Source: Paramoeba atlantica (taxonomy: Eukaryota; Protista; Discosea). Taken from it: a stretch of DNA of 64,000 nucleotides. The notes under the pieces were generated by a model. The model had not been told where the DNA came from. It saw nothing but the letters and a program-made list of their open reading frames with translations, and did no database searches. Both the position numbers and the translations under genes were made by a program. Numbering within the stretch: position 1 is the first letter of the stretch; the number at the start of each line of letters is the position of its first letter. The DNA lies in contig CDRNVI010000044.1 of NCBI GenBank assembly GCA_977017575.1, positions 806,001 through 870,000 on the forward strand. Reading direction: 5' to 3'. This document shows positions 18,083 to 28,343 of the stretch, piece after piece.

Positions 18083-18858
18083 CAGGGGTGCAAATCAGAT
18101 GCTGGGGGGGGGTCTAAAATTAGCAATGTTTGCGCAATTTTGGAAAATAATAGCGCATTCGAGAGCTCTCGCAGAGATCTATGTATTTGGATAGGCGGTT
18201 TCCCGGGGTGTAAGGGTGTGGTCAACTGAGAAGAAGCCCAAAAACGTCAAAATGCAAAAAATGAATGAAAAGTTTTGTACGTTCAATAATTACAAGTTTC
18301 CCATTTTTTTTCTACTACTATGTCGAAACGCCGCGGCATGCTGTTCAAAGTGTTCATGAGCATGTCATGACCATCTGTTTTAATGTAATCAACCGCCTTT
18401 TCAATAGAACATCCCCGGTTTCCTCAAATCGCTTAACCCACAACTTAACATGCTGTCGTGGACGCCTTGTCTTTGGCAAGTGGCACTGTAGGAGTTTGTA
18501 TTCTCGTAATCTTTAACGAGAAGCATCCTGTGTGAATATTTTGTGTGCCCCGGGGGTTCACGTGATCTATCAGATAAGCTTTTACTGTTTTGCTTAGAGC
18601 GGGATCGCTTTTGCGGCATAATAGTGAGCTGAAAAACAAAAAAAGCAAGGAAAAAACTGCAAAAATTGAGAATTCTGCAAGTTTTGGGGGGGTAAAAACC
18701 CTTTAAAAAAATATTTTTTCAAATTTGTTTTCTTTTAACGTGATAATAGCGCCAAAACATAGATCTCTGCGAGAGCTCTCGAATGCGCTATTATTTTCCA
18801 AAATTGCGCAAACATTGCTAATTTTAGACCCCCCTCCAGCATCTGATTTGCACCCCTG
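18083..18858 (-). mobile_element. Non-autonomous, internally deleted Tc1/mariner (ITm) DNA transposon, 776 bp
   Basis: 102-bp TIRs (18083-18184 and 18757-18858) with one mismatch, starting CAGGGGTG. Right flank TA, left flank TG (TA site with one change). Contains transposase N- and C-terminal remnants. Confidence 0.88.
18283..18619 (-). pseudogene. Tc1/mariner transposase remnant (HTH start fused to the extreme C-terminus; DDE core deleted)
   Basis: KYSHRMLLVKDYENTNSYSATCQRQGV, then after a 1-nt shift RQHVKLWVKRFEETGDV (HTH). A junction near 18410 leads to SIEKAVDYIKTDGHDMLMNTLNSMPRRFDIVVEKKWETCNY-stop, with the Tc1-type SMPRR...Y end. Confidence 0.75.
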
Positions 18859-18869
18859 TATATCTCTGC

Positions 18870-18971
18870 AGTACGGTACCTCGTACTAAACGTAGTACGG
18901 ACCCCATATTTCGTACGTACTAAGTACCGTACTATCCGTACTTAGTTGTTTTATCGAAGATAATTTCGTAC
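18870..18971. repeat. GTAC-rich quasi-palindromic cluster
   Basis: Ten GTAC tetramers in ~100 bp. Perfect 10-bp inverted pair AGTACGGTAC (18870-18879) / GTACCGTACT (18924-18933). Confidence 0.7.
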
Positions 18972-18995
18972 CTAAAATTTAACTACACCAGTGTT

Positions 18996-19337
18996 CTACT
19001 TTTTTTCAGAATCTGAAGTACATTCTTCTGCCCATTTTAGGTATTCGGGCAAGCCTTGATCAACCGATACAGAAATAACTTCAGGCACATCGTATGGGTG
19101 AATGTCTCGAACTGACGAACAAAGCTGATTTACAAGCGTAGTACGCGTCTTAACCATCATTAAAACCTCGCAATCGCTCTGAACCTTGTCTTCCCATCGA
19201 TAAACGGAAGTTACTTGTGGAATGATATTAACGCATGCAGCTAAATTTCTTTCTACTAGCATTTTGGCAATCTTTTCGGCCGTTACGCTATTCGGCGCAG
19301 TTATCCAGCAAACGCTCAACTTACACAAAGCCTTCAT
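18996..19337 (-). CDS. CUTA: CutA divalent-cation tolerance protein
   Basis: ITAPN...AEKIAKMLVERNLAACVNIIP..TSVYRWE...E..M..KT...HPYDVPEVI. Confidence 0.95.
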   Translation of the reverse strand: MKALCKLSVCWITAPNSVTAEKIAKMLVERNLAACVNIIPQVTSVYRWEDKVQSDCEVLMMVKTRTTLVNQLCSSVRDIHPYDVPEVISVSVDQGLPEYLKWAEECTSDSEKK

Positions 19338-20544
19338 ATCTTTGTATCAGGGAAAAAATATTCGAAACCTTATTTTCTTACAAAAGCAAAGTATACAGGT
19401 ACTACTATACAGGTACATACGCTTCAAGATTATTCAAGCTACACAAGTCTGGGCCATCCAGTCTACAGTGATAGGCAACAATATGTACCCCCCCCCTACA
19501 GGTCATGTATTCTGGCCGATTTCGGAAGTATTTTGCATACCACCGTTTTTCGTACCAATCGTTCCCGTTCCAAGTTCCTTTCTACTCAGGCGACGCCCTA
19601 CTCCCTTAACCACGTAGGGACCAAAATGAAGGTGAACACGATTGTCGAGGCAGCCGTGGGTTTGCTGGGGAAAGAAAAGATGAACTAAGGTTAAATAGCA
19701 ACAAGGTAGAGAAGCTGTATCCATGACTGTATCAATGACTTCTCTGCCCCTGGGATAAGTTACACAAATGCACACAAGTACCACAAATGTTAGTGGTACT
19801 CAAATGGGTTAAGTAGGTAGGAAATTGTTAAAGAAATATGAGTAGCTCGGCAACACGGTCGTAAGTTATTACCAACTCAGTGAGGGTCGGCCTCCACACG
19901 CCTGTCAGTGGACATTGTCCTAGTGGTTTGATGTTTCGTTCTGTTACCACCGGACAACTCTATCCAAGGAGGAAAAGAAAAGGTATTACACATGAAGAAT
20001 CACCTACATGTATGATAGGCAGAATATGACAGATCGAGCAGCCGCCTCCCATCTAAGCCTGTTCCCACAAAGCAAGAACCGCATCTTTTCCATCGAAAAT
20101 CATACCTGAACGTTGCGGTAACCTGCGCGGAACCGAGCGCTCCTGCCAAGCAATGTGAGGCATTCCATGGTATCATCGGGCCTGATCCTCTCGACCTTCG
20201 ATGTTTCAAAAGAAATAGGCATGCGTTTAACAGAAAATGATATAGATAAATGAAAAATACAGGGACTCTAGGGGTAGTAATGAGCACAAGATCAAAAAAA
20301 AACAAATCTAGAGCTGAGAATGTGTATTGTACACAGCATATTTTAGCTATGCTGCCGCTCAGCCTAGTGGTAATCGATATTATTATCGAAAGTGTTTCAA
20401 AGAACCATCTAAATACGTACACAATAACTGCTATTACTACAATGTGGACTACTATTGCTGCACTTACTACGTGCATAAAAAGGAATGAGGCGCGATCGAT
20501 ACCACTTAGTACAATATTGCATATTGTATATGCAATTGTTCCCC

Positions 20545-21690
20545 TCATCGTCCTTCATTTTTTCTTGCCTCCTTTTGCAACGACCGTTTACCCTTGGTTT
20601 GACCATCTTCTACAGACGATTTTTTTGCTCGAGAACCGCGATTGCGCCTGCTGCGCTTATGTACCTCAGGTTCAGTATCCTGCGGTTTATTTTCTGATCT
20701 GGGAACCGTGCGGTACAAATCATTACGATCATTCCGTGAGGGCAAGACGTCACCCGATTCAAACGCTAGTCTGCCTTGGACCTCGGGACAGTCCCGTGCA
20801 ATGTGCCCTGACTGCCCACATCGGAAACAACACCCACGACCCGGGGAGCTCTCACTACGATACCCAACAGGGGAGCTAAAATCTCCCGTGGCTTGTTTGG
20901 CTGCTCGCTCACGACGCTGACGTAGAATACGCAGTCGTATCGAGCATTCAAAGCCATGATGACCAATATTCCCGCATGAGATACAATACTTGCGACCCGC
21001 CGGCAGAGGCTTCGAACAGTCCGCATGACCTGACTCACCACAGTAGATACAAGCGAGATCCAGAAGGTGCCCAGCATCGAGTTCCTTCACAAGTTTGCAA
21101 ACGTCGAACTCCGCAACATCTGTGCACAGCTTTAGTGCCCCCACGTGATCTTTGGTGGGGGTGAAGCAACGCTGGCAAATATTAACCGGACACTGTGGAG
21201 CCTCGTGTGCCAGACTTCCACAACTCCAGCACACTCGTGGGGGTTCATTATCACGAAACTTGAATGCAAAGTAACGTCGGCTGTTCGGTACACTACTAGG
21301 TGTAGGGTTCTCCACGCCAGGATCCCCCATGAAACATTGGTCAGATGGTTTGCATTGTAGTTTGAACTTCCCGTCAGCGTCTTTGACTTTTTCGCACACC
21401 GCAGCGATGCGCATTTTGTTGTGTTTTTCACACACAACGAATCGACCAACCTTGTCTTCGGGAATAAGGGGCGGGGGGCGACTGTCCGGCTTTGTCATCC
21501 ACGGGGTCCACGAGCCATCCTTCCAACGCGGCGCTTCTTGAGAAGAGCAAGACGATGCGGATGGTATTTTAATAGATGTACTCTGTTCTTGATTACCCTG
21601 TATGGTTTCCATAGACATAGCTTCCAATGGCAACGTTGGAGTTTGATTCAAGTCCTGAGGTGGTAGCCACCACCCTGAGATATCCCCCAT
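20545..21690 (-). CDS. Multi CCHC zinc-knuckle protein, Air1/Air2-like (TRAMP cofactor-like)
   Basis: CWSCGSLAHEAPQC, CIYCGESGHADC, CISCGNIGHHGFEC, CFRCGQSGHIARDC; basic C-terminal tail. Confidence 0.7.
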   Translation of the reverse strand: MGDISGWWLPPQDLNQTPTLPLEAMSMETIQGNQEQSTSIKIPSASSCSSQEAPRWKDGSWTPWMTKPDSRPPPLIPEDKVGRFVVCEKHNKMRIAAVCEKVKDADGKFKLQCKPSDQCFMGDPGVENPTPSSVPNSRRYFAFKFRDNEPPRVCWSCGSLAHEAPQCPVNICQRCFTPTKDHVGALKLCTDVAEFDVCKLVKELDAGHLLDLACIYCGESGHADCSKPLPAGRKYCISCGNIGHHGFECSIRLRILRQRRERAAKQATGDFSSPVGYRSESSPGRGCCFRCGQSGHIARDCPEVQGRLAFESGDVLPSRNDRNDLYRTVPRSENKPQDTEPEVHKRSRRNRGSRAKKSSVEDGQTKGKRSLQKEARKNEGR

Positions 21691-21976
21691 ATTGTCTAGA
21701 TCCAGTATGAATATATTCTAATTTCAGATATTCTAATAAGCAGTCGAATCTGCTCATAATCACGCATACGAAAATTACTATTAATCTAGTTGATAAAGCC
21801 ATGCCCTAGCAAACATTTTGTCACATAAATCCCTGTCCTTTTTTTGTAGCAGCCATAGTACAAAAAATTAACTTTAAAAAGAAGTAATCTTTTAAGCAGG
21901 ATACATTAACTGTAAGTGTTTGGAATCACAAAGCAACCATTCGGTTTGCAGACCGTAACACAAGCGTTCAAACAAG

Positions 21977-22402
21977 TCAGTCGTATTGGTCCACGTCATG
22001 TATAGTCAATGTTGGCAATGCGCTTCTAGCACGGCGGGCGTGCTCCATTTCATTTGTGAAGTCGTTTCTAGTAGCGAACAGAACAAGAAGGAACAACGCT
22101 GCGTGAGCGAAAGGAAGCGCAAACCACAATTTGTAAAGTGACCACTCAAAGTACCACGAGACCCAGGCGATCACTACCCATCCAGTCGTACATGGCAGAA
22201 AAAGCTGATGCAGAAGTGATACCATGGCTTGTACTGTAGGATAATCACCAGTAGCGCTGTTCGTAGATTCACACAAGGTATCAAGCCGAGAACGTGTGGT
22301 AAAGGAAAAAAAGGCAAGAAAGCCGTGACACATCGTAAGACAAGCCATATTCCAGAAAATCATTTGCACTTCGCTGAGGAACGTTGTAGAATAAGAGATC
22401 AC
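21977..22402 (-). CDS. Hypothetical small membrane protein (about 3 TM)
   Basis: ORF in gene orientation with hydrophobic segments (CHGFLAFFSF; GWVVIAWVSWYF; LWFALPFAHAALFLLVLF). No family recognised. Confidence 0.45.
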   Translation of the reverse strand: MISYSTTFLSEVQMIFWNMACLTMCHGFLAFFSFTTRSRLDTLCESTNSATGDYPTVQAMVSLLHQLFLPCTTGWVVIAWVSWYFEWSLYKLWFALPFAHAALFLLVLFATRNDFTNEMEHARRARSALPTLTIHDVDQYD

Positions 22403-22612
22403 TCTCTCATCGGTAGGGAAACAATTATCGTCAAGTATCCTAAAAATATGTCCAAGTATCAGTTATCCTGCGATGAAGCAATGTTCAAATCCACTCTACA
22501 AAACATGCTAAAACATAAACCTATAACCTTGACTTTATACAACCAAAGCAAGCCTCCTAAAGGTCCAAGATCTAGTGGATACTCCACTATTACATCACAA
22601 ATGAGGTAAAAC

Positions 22613-23929
22613 CTACGTAGTTTCGGTTTTCCGTCCGGGAACTTCCGATTCTTTTCCGGTTTCCAAATACGACCGCAGGTAAATGGCCCCCACAATAGGC
22701 TCACGACAAACCACGCAGGGAGGTGGTCCCAAAGCTATGCCACGTGCGGTAGAGCCACGGTGTTGTGCAATCCGCGTACGACTCTGCGAGATGTGATTTT
22801 GCTGTAATTTTTTCCAACATGATACGCACAGCACCACATGACCACAAGGAGCACACCACACCCCAGCCGGATCTTCCAAACATACGACACAAATCGGGTC
22901 ATCATGGATTTCGTCCCAGAATCGAGCAAAAGAGTGTGGAATACTCCCGCGTGGAGTAAAGGGAGGCGTCGCACCGTATTCCTTGGCAAACGTCGCGCTG
23001 AGGTCCAGCCGAGAGGATGGATTCGGATGATCTGAAAAATCCACGACAGAGGGCTCGTGTTCGCCTCCTGGATCGGACGGCCCGTTGTCATTCTCCCACC
23101 ACCTTCTTATCAATCGACGTCGTAAAAATCGTGACAAGAACAGCCCCGCAAGCGAATGAAATAGCCAAAACATGGCCACTAGCGTCACAAACCACCAAAA
23201 CGAGCTCGGGGTAGGAGAATCGCGGCGTACGACCACAACCCCCTTGCCATTTCGCTCGCACACACTACACGAAGTGTCACCTTGTGGAATACTAAACGGG
23301 GAGCACCCCGTGCGCCCGGGCGACCCACATCTCGCCTGGCTACAACACCACTCACACCCCTCCGCACGGCAGGAGGTACAGTTATGATAAAACGTACAGC
23401 GATCGGGGCATTCATTGACGAGCAATGTACGCCCCCCACTCTCCTCCTTCCCCTCCTCCGTACCCTCTGCCACCAAAAACTTTCCCCCACAGCTCGTTTC
23501 ATTCCCCCTGGCTTGACACTTTCCCGTGGCACAGCACCACCCACAATGTCGGTGGGCCACACAAGCCTTCGGGTCCCCCCACACCGTGCAGTTGTCCCCG
23601 ACACAGCGCCCCGCGCCCGTGCAGCTCTCCCCGGGACCGCAACAGGAGCGATCGCTGCCGTCGGTGGCGATACAGCAGCTCGTGCCGAGGGGACACCCCA
23701 GGCGCGCGGAGCCCCCGGTGTGGTCACAGCAGAAGTAGCCCCCGCGAAGGCAGTAGGGCTGGCTGTTGGGCTCCTCGGTGCCGCAGCATATGGGGAAGTA
23801 ACGGCTGCAGGTGAAGTCGCGGCCGCACTGGACACGGGTGGGGGCACGGCTGGCCGCGAGGGAGGGGGGAGGGGTGAAAGTGATAAGGGAGAAGAAGAAG
23901 AAGAAGAAGAATGTGGAGGGAAGGGGCAT
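22613..23929 (-). CDS. Type I membrane RING-HC E3 ligase with Cys-rich/PSI-like ectodomain
   Basis: Signal-like N-terminus, Cys-rich repeats (CVAHRHCGWCCATGKC; CTSCRAEGCEWCCSQARC), TM segment WWFVTLVAMFWLFHSLAGLFL, and C3HC4 RING CVVCLEDPAGVWCAPCGHVVLCVSC...CVVCREPI. Confidence 0.75.
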   Translation of the reverse strand: MPLPSTFFFFFFFSLITFTPPPSLAASRAPTRVQCGRDFTCSRYFPICCGTEEPNSQPYCLRGGYFCCDHTGGSARLGCPLGTSCCIATDGSDRSCCGPGESCTGAGRCVGDNCTVWGDPKACVAHRHCGWCCATGKCQARGNETSCGGKFLVAEGTEEGKEESGGRTLLVNECPDRCTFYHNCTSCRAEGCEWCCSQARCGSPGRTGCSPFSIPQGDTSCSVCERNGKGVVVVRRDSPTPSSFWWFVTLVAMFWLFHSLAGLFLSRFLRRRLIRRWWENDNGPSDPGGEHEPSVVDFSDHPNPSSRLDLSATFAKEYGATPPFTPRGSIPHSFARFWDEIHDDPICVVCLEDPAGVWCAPCGHVVLCVSCWKKLQQNHISQSRTRIAQHRGSTARGIALGPPPCVVCREPIVGAIYLRSYLETGKESEVPGRKTETT

Positions 23930-24100
23930 GGAGGGGTACGAAGCAGAGAGAGGGGGTGGTTGGTGGTTGGTTAGGTTACGATGGGGAGGGTGGGGTCATG
24001 GTCAATGTGGTGATCAGCGGAATGAGGGTGGGGGGATGGGGCATGGAGGGTGGGAGCGAGAAGGAAGATGAAAAGATGGAGAAAAGATCAGTGTCCTAGG
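23300..24100. other. GC-rich skew-inversion island 3
   Basis: C-rich ~23400-23700 and G-rich ~23830-24070. Confidence 0.7.
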
Positions 24101-24837
24101 TTTTGTTATTTTTCTAAACGGAATCAATGGTTCAAATTTTGAGGGCATAATTAAGGACTTTGGTTTTCTTGTCTTGCTAAAAGGAAGAGTAAATTAGAAG
24201 AGTGTCAACATGCGATTCGTTGTTTACATACATTAAAAGCACCGGAAGATACTATAATTGGGAAAAATAAGGGTGATGTCATACCAATTAATACGGGATG
24301 GCATAGGCCATGAGAGGGACCAGATATAGTATTTTCAATACACTAAAAATGATACTGGCAGCACCAGAATGATACCGCACCAGAATTGCATCTTGCCTCG
24401 CCGCGCGCAAATTTGGAAATGAACACGAAGCGAAAATAGCACGAACGAAAGTCTCCATAAGAAGCTCGAGTATAGCACGATTGCTGCAGCACGCGAGCCG
24501 TACCTGTGTTATTTCAACATAGCAACGACACAGATAAATTGGAAAAAGATTACTTCACTAAAAGATACTTCACTGTACTTCTACTGCAACCCGGAGCTGA
24601 ATCTGTGCACCCGCGAATCATTTTCCAATACATGCGTCACCTTACTTCCACGTTCAGACTTCAAGCACCACTAATTGCCCGTCTATAGATTCATCGTTCT
24701 CGCCTTAAATGACATATCGCAAAAAAGAAAAGGCTCCACATGTTCATCCAGAGGATGCTGTGTAGAGAAGGTAAAAATGGTAGTGCAAAATTTTTACCTG
24801 TTTTTCCAAAAATTATGTTGGTGACAAGACCAAACTA

Positions 24838-26517
24838 CTACAACAGAGTACTAAGTATGTCTACGTTGGTTGATTCATTTTCTGTAATAATTTTGTTGGG
24901 AATTTTTTGCTCTCTATTATTAATTTGTTTTGAAGAGCGAGATAAAGTTGTATCCTTAAAAGGGGGAATTTCTGTCTTATTTTCCTCGAAGAAATTGTTT
25001 GAATCAAGTTGTGGCGAAGTTGTTAGTATTTTCATGGTAACACGCGGTTTCTTTGCTGACTTGTCAAATGTAGTATCCTCCGAGCAACTCTCTTTGACTC
25101 GAACTCTTTGATTTTCTGTCACACTATCCACATGTTTCGATTGGATGTGTTGATCAAGCAGATGAAGCAGACTATCCAACGAGATATGTGGAGCAAATGC
25201 TACCGCCCCGCAGGCAGTTAAATTCTTGCCAACAAGCAATCCAACCAGTATGTACGTAGGCGAACCAGTATTAGAAGAGAACATCGGAGTGAAACCTCGT
25301 GCTTCATTTCGCGAAAAAAATCTAATTGACTGGGGATAACAAAATACAGACGTTTTTGGCTCCGCGAGCACAACTGAGCCACACGTGCCCAACCACTCTT
25401 CTTTTTCTAGATCAAAGTATGTCATGGTAGCGTGCACCTTTTCTCGCCCCTTCACATTCCCTCGTGATGCGGCCCTGGGGTAGTTATCGTGAGTCACAGT
25501 ATTAACACCCCCGAGCATGACCAATAAGCGAGATTCCAGAACGAAAGAGCCTGCGAACGCGCGAGGAGGCCCCGATGGACCTATGCCACCCAAGGGTGTC
25601 CAACAACAACTAGTAACATTATACTGCCACAAATCATTCAGTATCTCGTGCGTTTCAGAAACACCCCCGAACATGAGCATACGGTCTGCATGAAATGTCA
25701 CAGCATGCCCCATTCGTCGACAAGGATCGGACTGCGCTTTTCGTGGGGACAACTCCTCCCAGCACCGGGCAGGCGTCCACTTATAGCTATAGCACGACCC
25801 ATGACTCCTACGCGCCTTGTTACGTCCTCTGACCGCGGAAAGGCAAATCCCACCAAACAGATACACACAACCATCAACCTCACATGAGGTCAACGAGTGC
25901 CCCGTCATGGCAGGCGGAGACCTCCCAAACGTACGAATCGGCATCCACTCTCCTACCCCAGAATCTCTCCTGCTTACGCCTTCCCCATCCGTTGCTCCAC
26001 TCTCCCCCTCCTCCTCCGTCGGCAAAATCAGCTCAAAAAAATCCGACAACCCCACTTGAAGCTCCGACAGCCCACCAAACAAGTAAACCACCGCACCCTC
26101 CGGGAATCGAGGAGACCCTGAGGTTTCCTTAACTCGGTTTCTCCCACCTCGATCTTCTTCCGTCGTCTCCGTCTCCCCCCCACCCCCTCCCCTCGGGCCG
26201 TGGTAACACATCGCGGCCAGCGCCCGGGGGGAGGGGTTCCACCGGTGTCTTGCCTTCCCCAGTCGATGCCAGTGCTGGGTGGCCCCCGCAAAACACCAGC
26301 CGTCCCCGAGCAGGCGTCCGTGTCGCGGGTCCCTTCCCCCATAGAGGAAGAAGAAGAAGAGGGGAGGGGGAAGGGGAAGGGGTAAGGCGTCGGTGGCACA
26401 GGTCGCGGGGTGGTAGCGACAGGAGGGGGTAGGAGGGGTTCCGGGGGGAGCGGGGGGGAGGGGGGACCACAGGCAGGGGTCCGGGGAGGGGGAGAGGAGG
26501 GTGGTGGAGGGTGGCAT
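24838..26517 (-). CDS. Kelch-repeat protein
   Basis: Repeated LYGG/LFGG/MFGG/MLGG motifs with W..L and R.GH spacing. Confidence 0.8.
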   Translation of the reverse strand: MPPSTTLLSPSPDPCLWSPLPPAPPGTPPTPSCRYHPATCATDALPLPLPPPLFFFFLYGGRDPRHGRLLGDGWCFAGATQHWHRLGKARHRWNPSPRALAAMCYHGPRGGGGGETETTEEDRGGRNRVKETSGSPRFPEGAVVYLFGGLSELQVGLSDFFELILPTEEEGESGATDGEGVSRRDSGVGEWMPIRTFGRSPPAMTGHSLTSCEVDGCVYLFGGICLSAVRGRNKARRSHGSCYSYKWTPARCWEELSPRKAQSDPCRRMGHAVTFHADRMLMFGGVSETHEILNDLWQYNVTSCCWTPLGGIGPSGPPRAFAGSFVLESRLLVMLGGVNTVTHDNYPRAASRGNVKGREKVHATMTYFDLEKEEWLGTCGSVVLAEPKTSVFCYPQSIRFFSRNEARGFTPMFSSNTGSPTYILVGLLVGKNLTACGAVAFAPHISLDSLLHLLDQHIQSKHVDSVTENQRVRVKESCSEDTTFDKSAKKPRVTMKILTTSPQLDSNNFFEENKTEIPPFKDTTLSRSSKQINNREQKIPNKIITENESTNVDILSTLL

Positions 26518-26750
26518 GGGGGAGGGGGAGGGGGTAGGGGGTGTTGGGTTAGCGGGAAGGTGTCATGGAGAGAGAGGGAGGGAGGCGGGAAGGGGGTTAA
26601 TAAAGAATATTTTACTTATTTTTTTATTTTTAATTTCAATAATGGGGTTAATAAAGAGTAGGGAAAGGGTGTGGGGTAGAGGGGTAAGGTGAGGGTGGAA
26701 GAGGGTGTTGGGTAGATGAAGGGGACACAGGTTGTTTTTACAATACACGT
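25900..26750. other. GC-rich skew-inversion island 4
   Basis: C-rich ~25950-26200 and G-rich ~26225-26720. Confidence 0.75.
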
Positions 26751-26902
26751 TTTTAGGGATAGGTGAACATAGGTGAACATTTAGAAGGAGAGAACATACA
26801 AGGGGCTAGATTTTGACAGAATCGGGCCAGGGGCGTAGTAGTGAATAGCAGCCAGCGTTTGAAAGGTAAAACAAAGGAGTACGCAGAAAAAGACGTTTTC
26901 CA

Positions 26903-27925
26903 TCAGTCAAGTGATAGTAATTTCAAAGACTGTGCTAGTATTTCGTATCTGGCGCGAAACAATAAACCATGAAATGCTTTATTGGTTCTACGTTCAGAGA
27001 AATCTTTCCTCACAAACTCTTCTCCTGGTTCCCACGGTGGAACTCTGATAGAAAAAAAGCTCATGTTTACCACCCAATTGGTAGAAATATCTTCGATAAA
27101 AGTATTCTTGGGTTCTCTTGCCTCACGTGATACCTTGGATGGACAGTGACTCATGGATGCGTGTTCACAGAGCAGCATGTGCGTTATGCAGGGCAAATGA
27201 ATCAGGCGAGAGTGCAAAGAAGACTTTGAGTCCACTATCCTGCTACCAGATTCAGGATTCAGATCACGAGTATATTTTAATTTTGGACTGTCCTCACAAA
27301 CGACGAAACACATATTTTTTTCTTCGAGACGACACAGTGAATGGGATAAATGATACAATTGAGAAACTGTTCGCACTAGCTCTCTATTTTTGGTGGGATA
27401 ACTCATGTTTGCTTGGCTAGAATCATTTTCTAAAGAATCAATGTGATCTAAAATTATTAGGGTCGGCAGGCTAGAGTCTCTTAGTGGAAAATTTGAGTCG
27501 TGCTCACGGACCGAAGACTCGTTGTCTGATACACATTCTTCCAGACTGTGATCTAAAGGCGACGAACTTAAATGGTCAGTTAGCAACAAACTGGCTAAGT
27601 CAGTTCGAATCTGCCGGTAACTCGCTACGTATTTAAATTTGATACGTGAGAGCGCGCTCTCATTCACCTTCACGCCCAGCGGTGCGGACCACCTAGGGGG
27701 ATTGTCGTGTAGCCTTTGTTGATTACAGAAATAGATTACGCGTTGGCCCCGAACAGCGTGATGCAAGGCTAGCTGAAACGCTAGCGAAGTTTTTCCTATT
27801 CCACGAGGCCCGTAGATGAGAATACCACTTGTCCGGTTTTCTGGAGTACCTTCCGATTGGGAATCATTATTTCTCAACTCTGTGGTCCTTATAGTAGGAA
27901 AGAACCAACTTGGGTCTACTTCCAT
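26903..27925 (-). CDS. RecA-fold P-loop ATPase, SWSAP1/Rad51-paralog-like
   Basis: Walker A ILIYGPRGIGKTSLAFQLA, RVIYFC, RIKFKYV, Walker B LIILDHID; short RecA-like core. Confidence 0.6.
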   Translation of the reverse strand: MEVDPSWFFPTIRTTELRNNDSQSEGTPENRTSGILIYGPRGIGKTSLAFQLALHHAVRGQRVIYFCNQQRLHDNPPRWSAPLGVKVNESALSRIKFKYVASYRQIRTDLASLLLTDHLSSSPLDHSLEECVSDNESSVREHDSNFPLRDSSLPTLIILDHIDSLENDSSQANMSYPTKNRELVRTVSQLYHLSHSLCRLEEKNMCFVVCEDSPKLKYTRDLNPESGSRIVDSKSSLHSRLIHLPCITHMLLCEHASMSHCPSKVSREAREPKNTFIEDISTNWVVNMSFFSIRVPPWEPGEEFVRKDFSERRTNKAFHGLLFRARYEILAQSLKLLSLD

Positions 27926-28343
27926 TTGCTTTTCATTTTTGTAACACCTTGTGGGAATAAAATTATGAATTACATGTACATTAAAATGTCAGCTAGTGTT
28001 TCTTACCGTCTAGAGCATAATGTTGATAGAGCAAAGAACGTGGATCATTCACTGAATGTTTTTCACATACTATTCGTAAGAAAGAAGCCGAAAATATTGT
28101 TACATGTAGCCGTTTCTAAAATCATGGAATATAAAGGCACTCACGATTACGTCCTTTTACGATTACGCCTTTTAGTCTATCAAAAGATAGATCTGAGAAC
28201 GGATGAAGCATCGGGGAATAATCAAAGTAAAACACTAGACCTAAAGACAATATGCGTAGTGTGAAGGTCAGACGGTAGTGTGGGGTTTTTGCGACCGTAT
28301 TCCGTAAACTTCGAAAAATACTGGCCAACATCCTTTTCAGCTA

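Noticed and set aside
19915-19957. Stem-loop TTGTCC-TA-GTGGT...ACCAC-C-GGACAA, possible H/ACA-like snoRNA
   Set aside because: Short stem, no convincing terminal AGA box and no C/D boxes nearby; needs an Infernal/Rfam search.
19503-20548. ORFs 19503-19784 (-), 20000-20548 (-) and 20250-20879 (+)
   Set aside because: No recognisable domain, and the hydrophobicity is explained by T-rich UTR-like sequence. A small membrane protein at 20000-20548 cannot be fully excluded.
23185-23974. Several long overlapping ORFs on both strands
   Set aside because: Stop-codon depletion in island 3; the RING-ligase frame explains the region.
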